In this document: positions 13,420 through 26,222 of the stretch, piece after piece
Layout: each line of letters starts with the position of its first letter
Position numbering within the stretch: position 1 is the first letter of the stretch
Source of the DNA: Balanoglossus misakiensis
Taxonomy: Eukaryota > Animalia > Hemichordata
DNA length: 64,000 nucleotides
Reading direction: 5' to 3'
NCBI GenBank assembly: GCA_040954595.2
Contig: CM082594.2
Span: forward strand, 8,821,612-8,885,611
Made by a program: the position numbers and the translations under genes
The notes under the pieces: model-generated
Database searches by the model: none
What the model was told of the DNA's origin: nothing
Seen by the model: only the letters and a program-made list of their open reading frames with translations

Positions 13420-16115
13420 TTAAAATGATAAAAAATGTTTATATCAATTTATTCCGTCCATGAAAAAAACTAATGCTAAATATTTGCATTTCACTGAAAT
13501 AAAAGGAGCATCATTCTAGAGGCTCACTGCCTTTGAAAAAAAAGTAAATAAAGTGTCTGTGTTTAATACCTTGACAACCCCCGTATTATGAAAATGAACT
13601 GTCCCACCATATATTAACGCAAGTGGGTCAGTTCAACTTTCACTGACTACAGGGATGGAAGTCAGAGTATCTGCATAATAATATGTAAAAAGTAGATGAA
13701 ATAGAATAAACAAATTATGTCTATAATTTCAAGGCAAATCACTCTTGATTTAAAAAAAAATCAATTTCTTCAAAAGAGGTTTGACGTAGCATAGACTACT
13801 CGAGATTTGCTGCATATCTTTGTTTAAAATGTGCAAATACATGAGTCTGATTTTAATACGGAAAAACATTGATTAGCAAGCATTATCTCCTAGCAACAAG
13901 ATGATAAACAAAGTATGGTCAGAACTCAATTTTATGAAGAAATGCATCTCATGGTGATTGTGTAATGAATTATGAAGAAAATACAAAAATTACCTACTTG
14001 TACAAGTTTTCAGTCTTGTATATATTAAAGTGATATTAATTGTACAGCTCATTTCAAATTAACTTGACTACTGTGTGAATCATACACATTGTGTATACAA
14101 TATATTAAAATGATAAGACGATATTAAAATGACGAGTTATCTGTTCAGATGGCCATAATCCTGTGCTAGGTTACTGTAATTAAGAAATAATTCTGTAACT
14201 TCAAAGACTGGTATACATGTATATCTGTTGCCTGATAACCCAGGTTGATTGTTTATATTGTACATATGATTTTCTTTTAATCAGACAATGGATTGTTCAA
14301 GCTAATTTGAAATGGACTGTGGGTACCAAACTGATGGTACTACAATTGTGCTCTTCATGTCAGCGTATGGTGACATATTCCTCCCAAGTTTCGACATTGG
14401 TCATATTTGTAAATTTGATGTGCTGTGAATTGTCAGAATCTGATTGTTGTTAATGATTGACCACAAACGATTCATTCCTACACATGGAAGTTAGATTGGA
14501 CTTACTTTATATCACATTGATTCACAAATTGTAAAAAAAGGTCACATACACAATAAGAATTGTTGTTTGATTACTTGTTTCAAAATTTGAAGTGAAATTT
14601 CATTTATTTTTGTGGCTTCACCAAATTACACCATTTAATGCATTGTGTCATAAACCCTGTGATTGCGTTGAACTGTGATGTGCTTGGCTTCATTTTGGCA
14701 GCATTCCCCAACCAGAAATCTCTGTTCATACCCGTGTTTCATTTTGGAACACTTAATTTCTAGTCAATAATGTTTTTCGGTCAACCCCCACTCCAGCCCT
14801 GATATAACTTTATTTGCGTCAGTATTGTTAAGTCAACAGAGAGGAGAGTGGTCTGGCTACAAGTGTGCATAACTATATATTTCAATATTTACACTTAAAT
14901 GCAAACACAAATATTGTCATATTTGAACTTTCACTTTTTATCTAATGGTATACAAATATATGCACAGTATGAATTTAGTGATGAATCGAATGAACTTTAC
15001 CATCACATGAAGTTTTGAATATTAATTTCCGAGGTTGGTCACATCAGCATGAACACAAAGCTTTATGATATTTCAATATTTGCCTTGTGATTTTTTTCAA
15101 GAACTGAAAGTAAATGTATTTACAACAGTAAGGGGCTGTATCCCATCTTGATATGCCCCAAGGGAATTTCAAAAGTCCCTTTTTATCTTTGTGATAAATA
15201 ATTCCGTCCACATGAACTCAGTCTATTTCTCGTGTACATTATCCCAGGTTGGTTGGATTTAGACATCATGAAAATTGAGTGAAATGGCTACAAACACTAC
15301 ATTTGGCATTTGAAGTCAGCAGGTCAATATCACGTGTATTGTGGATCTATTTGGTCCATTTTAGCTACTGGAGAATTTCTGAAAACACTACTATGCACCT
15401 TGAATTTGCTTGTGTACATACATATACATTTTTCAAATTTTATTACGTTGGCTGTATCATTTGTTTTTGTTTTTTGAAAACAAGAAAGCTTTACGAGATT
15501 TCAATTCACAGTATTCCTTACCACCACAAGATCATGATATTTGTATAAATTTTTCACGTTTTTCCCTTCTATGCAAATAATGATGCACAATTTTCTGTAT
15601 ATAGATTGAGAGTTTGAAATAAAGTGTCCTATTTGATGAAGCATCTTAAGAATTATTTCTTTGTTGGGAAAGTGCTCTCAGTATGAGAATATGCCTCTTG
15701 CCTGACTAGCTTGTTTAGCATCATTTAAATATTTCTGGCTATGTTGACTGCATTGACAGGTTATTGCCAATGTCATGCCCACACTTCAGGGCTGAACATC
15801 CTGCTGTTCATAAAACGAAACACACAGGCGGACCAACACAGACTTGACTGCATGTTTCTAAATTATAAATGTGTGCTTACCTCAGATTGTGACATTTCAG
15901 GGCTTGAAAATCTCTGCAAAGGCCTCAGAAATCTCTCCTCATGTTTGTCGACAATTCATGTAGTCAGAAATCAGGCTCCACACCACCAGATGAGGTCAAT
16001 GGAAAACAAAAGGGCTAATTTGAATGTTCACTGCATGTACATCTGCCACACTCCAGAAGCACAACCAATCAGATGGAGACAACACGGGTACTAATCATAA
16101 TATTCAAAAACAAAC

Positions 16116-16121
16116 TTTATT
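16116..16121 (-). terminator. Putative polyadenylation signal (AATAAA) of TBC1D5
   Basis: tttatt on + strand, with GT/T-rich sequence downstream on the - strand, ~1.65 kb past the stop codon. Confidence 0.45.
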
Positions 16122-16636
16122 GCTGAAATAAAATGCATATCTCCATGGAAACATGGCTAAACAAGCATAATTTAGCATATGAAGACTTCCATACACTCCA
16201 TATATAGTTCATTTAGCTTGCCATTTCCAAAGTGAGTCTGATGTGTTCATGTGCCTTGCTCTATCGTTTGAAGAAAATCATGCAAAATGTGAATTCAATA
16301 CAAAGAAATATAGATCGAAACATTGTCTAAAAAGGACTTTCTAAAATCCCTTGAAAGTAACGTGATATATTCTCAGCTCAGCTGTGTTCAGCGAAACAAA
16401 TGCAGATCATTACACTGATATTCAGACAACACACAGATTCCATGCAACAAGATATGAGAAAGTCTGTTTTATGACAAGACCACAGTAGACATTTGAGGTC
16501 ACACAATAGTGGTACCACACATTAACTAAATTTATCTCAAAGATACATTTTCACACAGCAGTGAATTTCTGTAAACCTGCAAAGTAGCTATTGCACAGAA
16601 ACTGTATTCAAAATAAAAACAGTTAATTTATATCTT

Positions 16637-16655
16637 TGCCACAAGATGGCGCTCT
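16637..16655 (+). promoter_or_regulatory. CTCF-like motif
   Basis: TGCCACAAGATGGCGCTCT matches the CCACnAGRKGGCGC core. Confidence 0.4.
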
Positions 16656-17763
16656 AATGTATTATGTGCACACATACATGTACACCCATATCATATTTTC
16701 GCGAAATGTGATAGGCTGAAATCTTTATATGATTGTTCGGCATACATATCCCTGTATATTGTAGACTGACCTTTACATAAGGAAAGCATGCAAGGAAGAT
16801 TCCTACTAGAAGCGCATTACAGTTTGAATCTAACACGAAAAGATATCTGTACAGTTGGTCCCACTATTGCTAAAAAATATGTATTGCAGTACTGTACTGG
16901 TAGATATGTCATGCACTTTTGAAGCTCACATACACAAAATCTGTTTAGCATGCACAGACACACACTGATTGTTGTATACCTGTAAATTCAGTTAAATCTT
17001 TAAGTTGATCTGTTTTCACGAACAGTTTTAAAAAATCCCAAGATTCACAATCTGCACTGACATAAGAAAATAAATGAACCTAATTTTGCTGACAAGACAT
17101 GGCCCACACAAAAAACTCAAAATGAATGTCTCTTTGACATTCTGGTTTGAAGATTACCAAATACAGCCATGCAACAATTCCACAATCTATGTGTTTTTGA
17201 CAAGAATTTCATGTTGTACTTTTCAGTGTAAGATTTGTGATATGTCATGATAAAAATATTAAATTTGTGATTTGTGACTCAAAACCCTCAGAAGCCTGAT
17301 TTATGTGAATCATAACATACTTGGTAAAATTTTGAAGTCCATGTGACGTACTATGAGAGGAAATACAAAATGGCTGCCTGCCCCAGAATGCTCTGTCATT
17401 CCTATTTTTAACAACACATCATCACATTCAACACCTACTGACAGAATGTCCTGAATTTAAAACAACTTGGCAAGATCTGGTTTGCAAATGTGGCAGTTAC
17501 ACAACACAGACTACTTGCAAAATGACAAATTTTTAGCCTTAAAATTCGACTTGTGTCCTGCTCCAAGACTGAGATATAAGGAATACATTTTAAACTGGAG
17601 GAATACAATGTGACATGGACGACAGTGAACAAATTCAATTAATCTGTGTTACTACTGCACATGAAAGATGGCTTTTTAAAAACAAGTTTCTCATTTTAAT
17701 TTAAAATGTCACACTAGAAGCTTGAATTTCTCCTCGTCCAAAAATTTCAAACTTTTAAAAATA

Positions 17764-18195
17764 TCAATCGTCTTGGTTACTAGTGCTTTCTGCTTCATTA
17801 TTAGCACTGTAATCACTATTCAACAATGAATAATCGGATTCGTCCATTTCAGAGGAGGTATTTGTCCGAGTTTCAGCCTCAGTCTCACTCTTCTTCTTGT
17901 CACCTTGGCAACCATCCACAGCGTCACTGGACAGGCTCGCTGTTTCAACTTCGGATTCTGGATCCACAAAAATGAAATCATGTGACACGGATCTGTCAAT
18001 GACCGTCTTTTCCTCTTCTTCTTCTTCATCATCACCATCATCATCACCAATGGCCGTTTCCACGGATTGATCCGGATGCTGCAATGTATTTAACTCTTCC
18101 TCTTTTCCATAATGATCATCATTGATGACAATTTCTTCATCTGCTTCTAGTAAATTTCTTGAAAATCTTAGTTCTCCTTTAAGAATATCCTTGAT
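17764..18195 (-). CDS. TBC1D5: TBC1D5 terminal coding exon (acidic tail)
   Basis: IKDILKGELRF followed by a D/E/S-rich tail and TGA. Confidence 0.9.
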   Translation of the reverse strand: MKDILKGELRFSRNLLEADEEIVINDDHYGKEEELNTLQHPDQSVETAIGDDDGDDEEEEEEKTVIDRSVSHDFIFVDPESEVETASLSSDAVDGCQGDKKKSETEAETRTNTSSEMDESDYSLLNSDYSANNEAESTSNQDD

Positions 18196-21100
18196 CTGCA
18201 GGAAAAAAATATTGCATGGTTCAAATGAAACTGTTTGAAATCTTGCTGATAGCACTTTGCAAATCAAATGCCATGTTAGTTTAATAAAGACTTTCCTTAC
18301 CTGTTTCAGTCCAGCAATTCCAAGCAAAATTTCATCTTCATTTTCTAGTTTCTGCTGCATCAACTTATCTTGTATGTGATCTGTACAAGAAATCCAAAAT
18401 TCACAATAGCTGAAACATATCCACCCATGATTATGTATTGATTATATTTATGTACAGTACTGACACATAGAAGAAAGTGTTTCCAAATCATATCATATGA
18501 AATCATACTCACTGATATGACCTCCCATTTTAGATGCACAGTACTGACACATACTCTGCATATCATCCAGCTGACTTCGTAATATTGATATCTGTTGATG
18601 AAGTTCTACTTCCTGCAATTGAACAATGTTTTGTTATTACAAATCATGGAATTTTGCTATTATTAATTGACAGTGTTTTGAGATCCGATCTGACGTGAAA
18701 CCACTTGACAATTGACCTGTGACATCAGATATGTCAGCTCACCTCTTTGCTTCTTTTACTTGAACTTCTTGGGCGACCAAATATGCCACTCTTTTTGGGC
18801 GCTTCACTGTGCGCTGGTTGAGTGATTGTCTTAGTGCCGGTCGGTGACATGTTATCCATTGGAGTCATGGTTGTTCTTCCTGGTAACGTCTTGGATTTGG
18901 AGGACTTCTCGTGAACACCTGTGTCACCTGGTGAAAAATATAATGAATTCTTATATATACTTCCAGGTAGCCATTACTCCTGGGTGGGGAGAAGCTATGG
19001 GAAATAAATTGCCTTGCTCAAGGACGCAACAGCACAGCCATGCAGGAAATGGAAAGCTCAACAAGAAAAACAATCATACTCACTTTCATCTGATATGGAC
19101 GGTGTGCTCGTTGACTTTGGTACTTTGCTTTTCGTGTCTGACTTGGACTTGGTGCCAGCAGCAATCTTCTTTGTGATGTTACTGATGCCCTGTGACACCT
19201 TACTCGATTTGAACTTGTGCACAGGTGAATTGATCTTGGCCAGTTGCTGGGAAATGTCCCTGGCTTTCTCATTGACTTTGACGTGTTCGACAGACGGATA
19301 GGTGTAGTTGTATACTGGTGGTGCCTGTTTTCTGTGTTCCTGATGACAAAAAAGTTATTTGAATATCAAAACAAAAACTCATTATGTAGGGTTCCTGCCC
19401 AAAAGGTCCAGTTGGTACATGTTCCATCTATTTCACTGGGACAATGGATACACAACAATTAAATTTTCACTTTCACCATTTAGTCAGTTGGTATTCTTCA
19501 GACAATTCAATCCAGCTCTTATGAAACCATGGTTATGTACCCAAACACACAATGCAAGATTTATTATTTATCACACCAACCTTGGGCTTTCTGAGATACA
19601 GTGCTTCATTAATAAGATAATGGACATCTGTGACTGGAGGATATCGCATCAAGAGCTTCATACAGCATGGATAATCACCTAGAAGCACTACATAGAAACA
19701 AGAAAATGTTAATCAATTGAAACAACCATACATGTAGCTATAAAGATGTCCAAAGAAGACAGAACTATCTAACAAACATTCTATCTCCAGAAATGTTCTG
19801 AATCTGCAAAAGGCAAGAGAAGGGAGAGCTATAGTTTATTCAGATTTCAATTTATCTTATATAGTATAATATAGGGTTAGGAACTTACACCGGTCTCGAA
19901 TGTAAATCAGCATGGCGACAAAAATGTAATCTACCAGGTCAAAGGTTATGCTGTCTGCAAATATGGCATCCCATAATACAAGTAGATCTTGAAGAGGAAA
20001 TTCTCGGCCAAACAACAACCGTACCCATCGACTACAAAGATAAAGAGGAATATGGGAAACATGAATACAATGTACATCTCATTGTCTGTGGCGACTTGAT
20101 CAATTGTCTTTGTTCAATTTACAGGAACATTATTCTGAATCTCAAATCAGCACTTGACTTACATTCCATATATCTGTGGTGCAATTTCCAGTTGGCTCAG
20201 ATGAAGATGTAGTTCATGGTCATACTTTTGCAGAACACGTTCTTGGATCTTGGTCAGTTTGTTGACAACAGGTGAGGTCGGATTAAACTCTAGTGGTGTC
20301 GCAAATGGTTCTGTGTTCAGTATTTTAGATTTGCCGTATGCTACATCCATGAAACCTTCCATCTTCCCGAATCTGTACAACGGTTCCATGGTCTCCATCA
20401 GTTGGGAAAACATCACACTGTGGAATGTCAATCAATACATTATAATGATGTCAGTAAACATGGAAGTTGGGACATGAGAAAATGAACAGGGTGATAATTT
20501 GAGATGTTTGCTGTATGTGCTTCATCCCTCAGACAAAAAGAACTTGTCTATAATTTCAAATATTTGAACAAAAGTAAACCAACGAATGTTTACTTACTAT
20601 GCATCATGTTCAATGTAGTCCGGATTTAACAACTCCTTGACAACATCTCTGCAAGGATTCAAACATTTGTAAATCTCAGTCATATAAACGGAGAACAACA
20701 TGTGAATAAGAAACGTTTATACTGATACCACAGATAAATAGAATGCATCATGAAGTTACAGCTAAAAGTCCAACTGCTGCTTTTTTGCATTATTTTCGAT
20801 AATTTTTTTATCTTCTACGAAAGATAAATTATACGGCAGATATTTCTCTCATGAGTATAATTATTGGAAACCACAATATCAGCATAAAAAGCAAGCCTTT
20901 AACAAATTTTATCAAAATGATGCAAAAAAGATGCAGCTTCGTGAGCTTCAAGACTCAAAGAAAATTAGTTCGTGAGCAAGGTCCATGGTAATGCAAGAGA
21001 AGATTCTCTGTATTCATAATGCAACCTACAAAAGGGTGAATGAATGATCAGTTGGCATATGAACTTGCATTAGTATGAATGTGCAAAACAAGAAGTCATG

Positions 21101-24100
21101 TTGAGTGCAGAAGTTATCAAAAACCAATGCAACAAATTCATGTCCCTTTCTGAGTACCAAGTGATTTTGTCAGAACTGACTTTTCATCAAATGAGATAGT
21201 GACATTTATCATTCTTATAACCATATGCAATATGCACAAGAAGAAAAATTAATTCAAATATTAGTCTATTAGTGAGAGCAACTCATAAAATAAAACTAAA
21301 TAAATTTTTATCAATATCCCAACACCAAAAATATCTAATAAGGAGTTTCACTATCCCAAACCATAAGAAAAAAAATATGCTAAAAATATAAGCTATTCTA
21401 ACCTCCTTTGTGGACCAATCACACTACGAAATACGTAACGAACATTACCATACATGGGGGATAGAACAAGACAAAACATGTTAAAATATTCTGCAAGAAT
21501 TACAGCACATAAATTGTCAAAATAGAAAAAAAAAGAAATTATAAGTCATGCAAATTTTAATAAAACTGAAATATTGCATTTACACAAACAGAATGATTCA
21601 GCAAAATATAACTAACATCAATTATTGCAATTTTAGTTCTAATATTATTTATGGAAAAAAATAATTAAAATAAGCAGCAAAAAGGTCCTGCATTCTTAAT
21701 GCTGTTGTTCATGCAATTATAACGAAAAGACTGCAATAGGCATTTACTGCTCTACAGTATAGTCAGATTTCTGTGGGCAAGATGCCAAGAAGTCATTCCT
21801 TATTTGGCATTATGCAAATGATCTACACTTCACATCCATATTTAGGCATAAGTTAAAATTTGCAGACTGCAGTGGTTCAATCCTGGCTATTGATTCTAGT
21901 TATGCACTGTCTCTTTACGTAGCATTATGTGTCAATAAGAATTATCATGCTATGAACATAGTCTCAAGATTATGCGTTAGAATGAGTGAAACTGAATGAC
22001 AGGCAACTTGCATATACAGAAGTGCAGAGTTTAAGGTGTTCTGGTTAACACTACAATGATGTGTTTTTGGTCAGTGATGTAGTAATAAAAGTGGTTCATT
22101 CATGTTTTCTGTGCAGTAAAAAATAACTTGAAAAGGAACATCTATGATCATGCCCCCTCAATGGCTAAGTACAGCAAACCCTGCACAGAGTATGAATTGT
22201 AACCTAAGCATTTCAATCTCAGTATAAATCTTATAAATTGTCAACTTCCTGTAAAGTGTATTGATTGCTCTATAGCTCAGATACCATTTGATAATATGGT
22301 CATACACATTTTTTTAGGTAGGGAGAGGGGTACCCTTCCACCATAACAAAGATATTTTAGCCATGACGCCAGCAAACTATTTTTACGAAACATGAAGACA
22401 GTGGGTAGTTTGAACTTATGACGAGGGAGTCTGGGAGGACAAAATCACAGACCATACAATTCCACTTGACTGCAAGACGTCCCCATTGTACTTACAGCAG
22501 TGATTCAATCTCTGTAGCATGTAGGAATGCTTGGTGATCACAATGTAAGACAAAGATCAATGGCGCCAGTAATTCATGCATACCCTGGAGTAAAGAAATA
22601 ACAAAACAAATATCAATCATGGAGAACACTATTCATTTCTGAACTGTTTCTGTAAAGGGTGAGAGTTTAACAATCTACTTATTGTTATATTAGTGACACA
22701 CATACATACATACATACACATACACATACATCATCTTGATAAGTGAGTCTCTTCTTACAAGAGTCATCTCTGCCAAACATGATCACAAAAAAGCTTATTG
22801 GATTTACCTGTTTATATGAAATATCATCATTTATTCTTGCATAGCAAAACAAAATGTTAACCATCATTGTTCGAATGTCTTCTGTTTGGAAGAATTCAAT
22901 TTCTGGGAATGTCCTCCGCACATCTTGAGCAATCAGTGACCTCAGCTCATTATCCTGGAAAAATCTATTCCAGGGACTCTGTAAAAAAGAATTTACACAG
23001 TGTTAGTTTTATGGACAAGGTTTGACAGACACAGAGGTACTTAATGAACAACCATTATGATTAAGTAGGGCTAGAGGTATGTCATTGACTGATATTGCAA
23101 AAAATTATAGTCTGCAAAAGTATCCTCGGTGTTGACATTAACATTTTTCCCCGAAATTTTGGTAAAGACCTGTAGGCAAAGGCACCTTATGTCCATCTGA
23201 TCCAAATGTAAGGGGAAAATGAGAAAAAAATACATAAAAATGTGAAAATGTTACACCAATATATTTTGAAAAAGTACCTCTTCATCCAGAGAGAGTGGAT
23301 GTGACATGGCCTCTTCTTTACTGTCCTGGACTCTAGGATTGGTGACATGTTCATCCTTGATGTCATCGTAATTCTGTCGACTTTCTCTCACTTTAGCTAT
23401 CCACTGATTCTGTTCCTCAGGAAGACATTCTAGATACAGCTTTAATGACAAATTAAAATATTTGATCAGTATCATGAATACCAAGGCACAAGGTGTACAT
23501 GTAGGCGGTGGAGTTTCCCCTGAAAAGTTCATTATATATATACATCAACAAACTCCCATGGTTTATACTTACCCGCCAACAAACACTTCTAAATCTGCTA
23601 CTTCTCAGATTTCCTTTAAATCCTTGTTTGCGGATCACTGCCATGTAGTTACCGGAGCCAAATAAATTCTGCCATTCTTGACTGCATGGATAAAAGGAAG
23701 AACACAAACGAATCATTCCCAAAATAGGCTTGACATGAAAGGTGTGACTTTGAACAACAACACACACTGTACCGGGTAGATCGTGGAAAAAATTAAATAA
23801 TGGCAAAATAGTGTATAGTGTTCATAGAAACTCCTATCATTGACTTCAATGGTGTGGTTGAATCCATATACTGGGAAGTGGAATACAAGACCATTCCATA
23901 GTTTCCTTTGTCCCTGAAAAACCTGTAACCATAGTGACTGATACTCACCAATAAGAAGTAAATGTACTGTTGATAGTTTCTTCATAGTTTTCTGGGTCTG
24001 TGATATTAGTTGTGTTGGCACTGAGTGGATCATCAAGTTGTTTTGGTTTTGGTCCAGTCACTGTTAGTATGATCAGAATTGTCACATTTATGTGTTATAG

Positions 24101-24354
24101 TCTCAGACTGATCAATCAAATTTTGTTCACGTCAATGCACACATTGGGTTGTCCGATCAAATGAGAAAAGAGGGGTGTTAGCATGTCTACTCACCTTCTT
24201 GAATACTTGGGGCGCCTTTACTTGGGTTCACAGTACCATCGTTGTTATTTTTATGTCCATTCTTTTGACCAAACTTGTCTAATTCACTAAGAATTGACTC
24301 TTTAGTCAGGGAACTATCAGGACCAGCTCGTGTCATCCCGTTTTTCTGAGACAT
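17764..24354 (-). CDS. TBC1D5: TBC1 domain family member 5 (Rab7 GTPase-activating protein, retromer/ATG8 partner), ~803 aa
   Basis: Coding exons in - strand order: 24354-24195, 24060-23949, 23681-23573, 23439-23278, 22978-22808, 22584-22496, 20648-20598, 20417-20163, 20031-19889, 19687-19581, 19339-19084, 18927-18743, 18612-18513, 18380-18301, 18195-17764. Total 2412 nt, all GT-AG and phase-consistent. Motifs: LRSSRFRSVCW, IAQDVRRTFPE (arginine finger), YKQGMHELLAP (glutamine finger), LEIAPQIYGIRWVRLLFGREF, GLKQIKDILKG. The start ATG is the least certain coordinate. Confidence 0.95.
18963..19030 (-). mobile_element. Degenerate SINE fragment in a TBC1D5 intron
   Basis: - strand reads GTTGCGTCCTTGAGCAAGGCAATTTA...CTTCTCCCCACCCAGGAGTAATGGCTACCTGG, resembling the central block (tgtccttgagcaaggcacttta...ctccacccagg..taaatgggtacc) I recall from invertebrate tRNA-derived SINEs. 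Confidence 0.55.
21403..21423 (-). CDS. TBC1D5: Candidate 21-nt alternative microexon of TBC1D5
   Basis: tttcgtag|TGTGATTGGTCCACAAAGGAG|gttag; symmetric phase 2, inserts VIGPQRR with no stop. Confidence 0.4.
22697..22730. repeat. (ACAT)n / (AC)n microsatellite
   Basis: cacacatacatacatacatacacatacacataca. Confidence 0.8.
22808..22978 (-). CDS. TBC1D5: TBC1D5 catalytic exon (IxxDxxR...YKQ)
   Basis: SPWNRFFQDNELRSLIAQDVRRTFPEIEFFQ...ILFCYAR..SYKQ; canonical splice sites. Confidence 0.95.
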
Positions 24355-24735
24355 GATTACTGCTTTGTGGAAACCCGAACTGATATTTATGTCAAAATCT
24401 GGATCATCTATACATCCTGGTATACAGGTAAAAATCTGAGGAAAAAAAGAAATATAAAGCTTGTAATTCAGGTCGACAATGACACACAAGTATTAGTACC
24501 AAACTACATGGCTTGTGCAAATTTCAGATAGAATGTGCCCAGGGTTCATACACTTTTACATACACATGCTACATAGTGTGATGAATTCATATTGCAATAA
24601 GGTCAGTGTAATAGTCAAGAGTCTATTCTTATTTTTTCATGATTGTTGGAATCTTAAGAAAACTGGGCCCATGCAGGTACATATACCTGGGTACCTATAG
24701 GTATGAAAAATATCAGTGGGACAAAAATAATTCAC

Positions 24736-24977
24736 CTGTCATGCATCCGAAAGTGGACTACCACCACCAAGAATACAGGAATCCAGAGAGTGGATGAAAC
24801 ACAACAGAACAGGCAATGCAAAATGGAAGTGAGGATTGTCCACAGCTCTCAGTGGGTTCAGGAACAGCGGTGCCAATCCCGGAAAATCAAGTTGTGGATC
24901 TACCAATAACCTACGGAGCTCATCTTCAACATTTACCAGCAGGAACTGGTTTCACGGTGTGTGACATATTAGGGACT
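24736..24977 (-). other. TBC1D5: Probable 5'UTR exon of TBC1D5 containing uORFs
   Basis: ttattttgcag acceptor and CAG|gtgaat donor; GC-richer than flanks; stops in all three frames. Confidence 0.5.
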
Positions 24978-26002
24978 CTGCAAAATAAGAGAAAAAACAC
25001 TTTTGTATAAAAGACTCATTTTTGGAGATTCTGTCCACTGTAATCTTTGACAAGCGACATAAATTTCATGAAAGATCCAACACTGAAACGTCTGTATTTC
25101 ACTTCTACCCCCCTCAGAACAAAATATTCACAATGTCTATCCTTCTGATCGGTTGTCCAAAGTAAACAAGGTTCAATGTCAACTCCATCTGTGACAGTGG
25201 TACAAGTACATCACTATTCGTAACCCAACCACTGAGTGGATTTCTAATTCTCCTCAGATCACAACACACATTCAGATAATCTTATCGACCATCATGTTAT
25301 AGACAGACTCATAAGTTAGCATCAAGATTCTAAAAATAGCCACAGCAAACATCAATCTCCATCAAACTGAGCTGATGAAGATACGACAGGGAATTTCCGC
25401 ACAAGAAAAGATTACATCTGAGTACGACATCTTGGCTGCCTATATCGCTCAAATTTTCAGCGTAGCAAGTCAAATTATTCTTAGACCAATACTAGTTTAT
25501 TACCTTGTCACATATCATGTCAAAAATTGGTCTCCTAAAATTTCTCACAATCACAAATCAAACGGAATAATATTTTTAAAAGAAAAATACAAATATCATG
25601 TATAGGTATTGCAATGAACAGAGGAACCTTAATTCCCAGTGCGTTCCCCCAATGTCTAGCCAATCATTCCATGCATACTAATGATCTTGCCCCATCCAAC
25701 ACTGCTTTCACTGTTAACCGCAGGGCATACCAAGCTTCCATTGCAATACCTGGACATATCTACAAATGATCACAATATGTACAGGAAGGGAGACAGCTGG
25801 TTCGGGGATCTATGTCACTGGTATTTTTATCTAACTGCTATTAAATTATATCCAGACTGAATAGTTTTTGTCAGCTCTGAATAGAATCGAATAGGGTAGA
25901 TTTTTTCTGAATGTTGACTTAAAATGACATATGCGGGTACCAGGTACTGCCTAGGATAAGATTTAGACATTGTGTGTCCGTACACAGGTTTAAACAAACA
26001 CA

Positions 26003-26045
26003 CAAATAAACAAATAAATAATAAATAAATAAATAAATATATAAA
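26003..26045. repeat. (AAAT)n microsatellite
   Basis: caaataaacaaataaataataaataaataaataaatatataaa. Confidence 0.75.
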
Positions 26046-26145
26046 TGGATAATACCCACACTGAACAATTGCAAAACTCAATTCACCATACATGTAGATG
26101 TAATCACCTTGACTACAATATACATTTATATTACTGATGTGGAGA

Positions 26146-26222
26146 TGGTGCCGGTGGTAATGCTGGTGGTTGTGATGATGATGCTAATAATGATGACGAA
26201 GATGATGACGATGATGATGATA
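26146..26222. repeat. (GGT)/(GAT)n trinucleotide low-complexity tract
   Basis: ggtgccggtggtaatgctggtggttgtgatgatgatgct...gatgatgacgatgatgatga. Confidence 0.7.
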
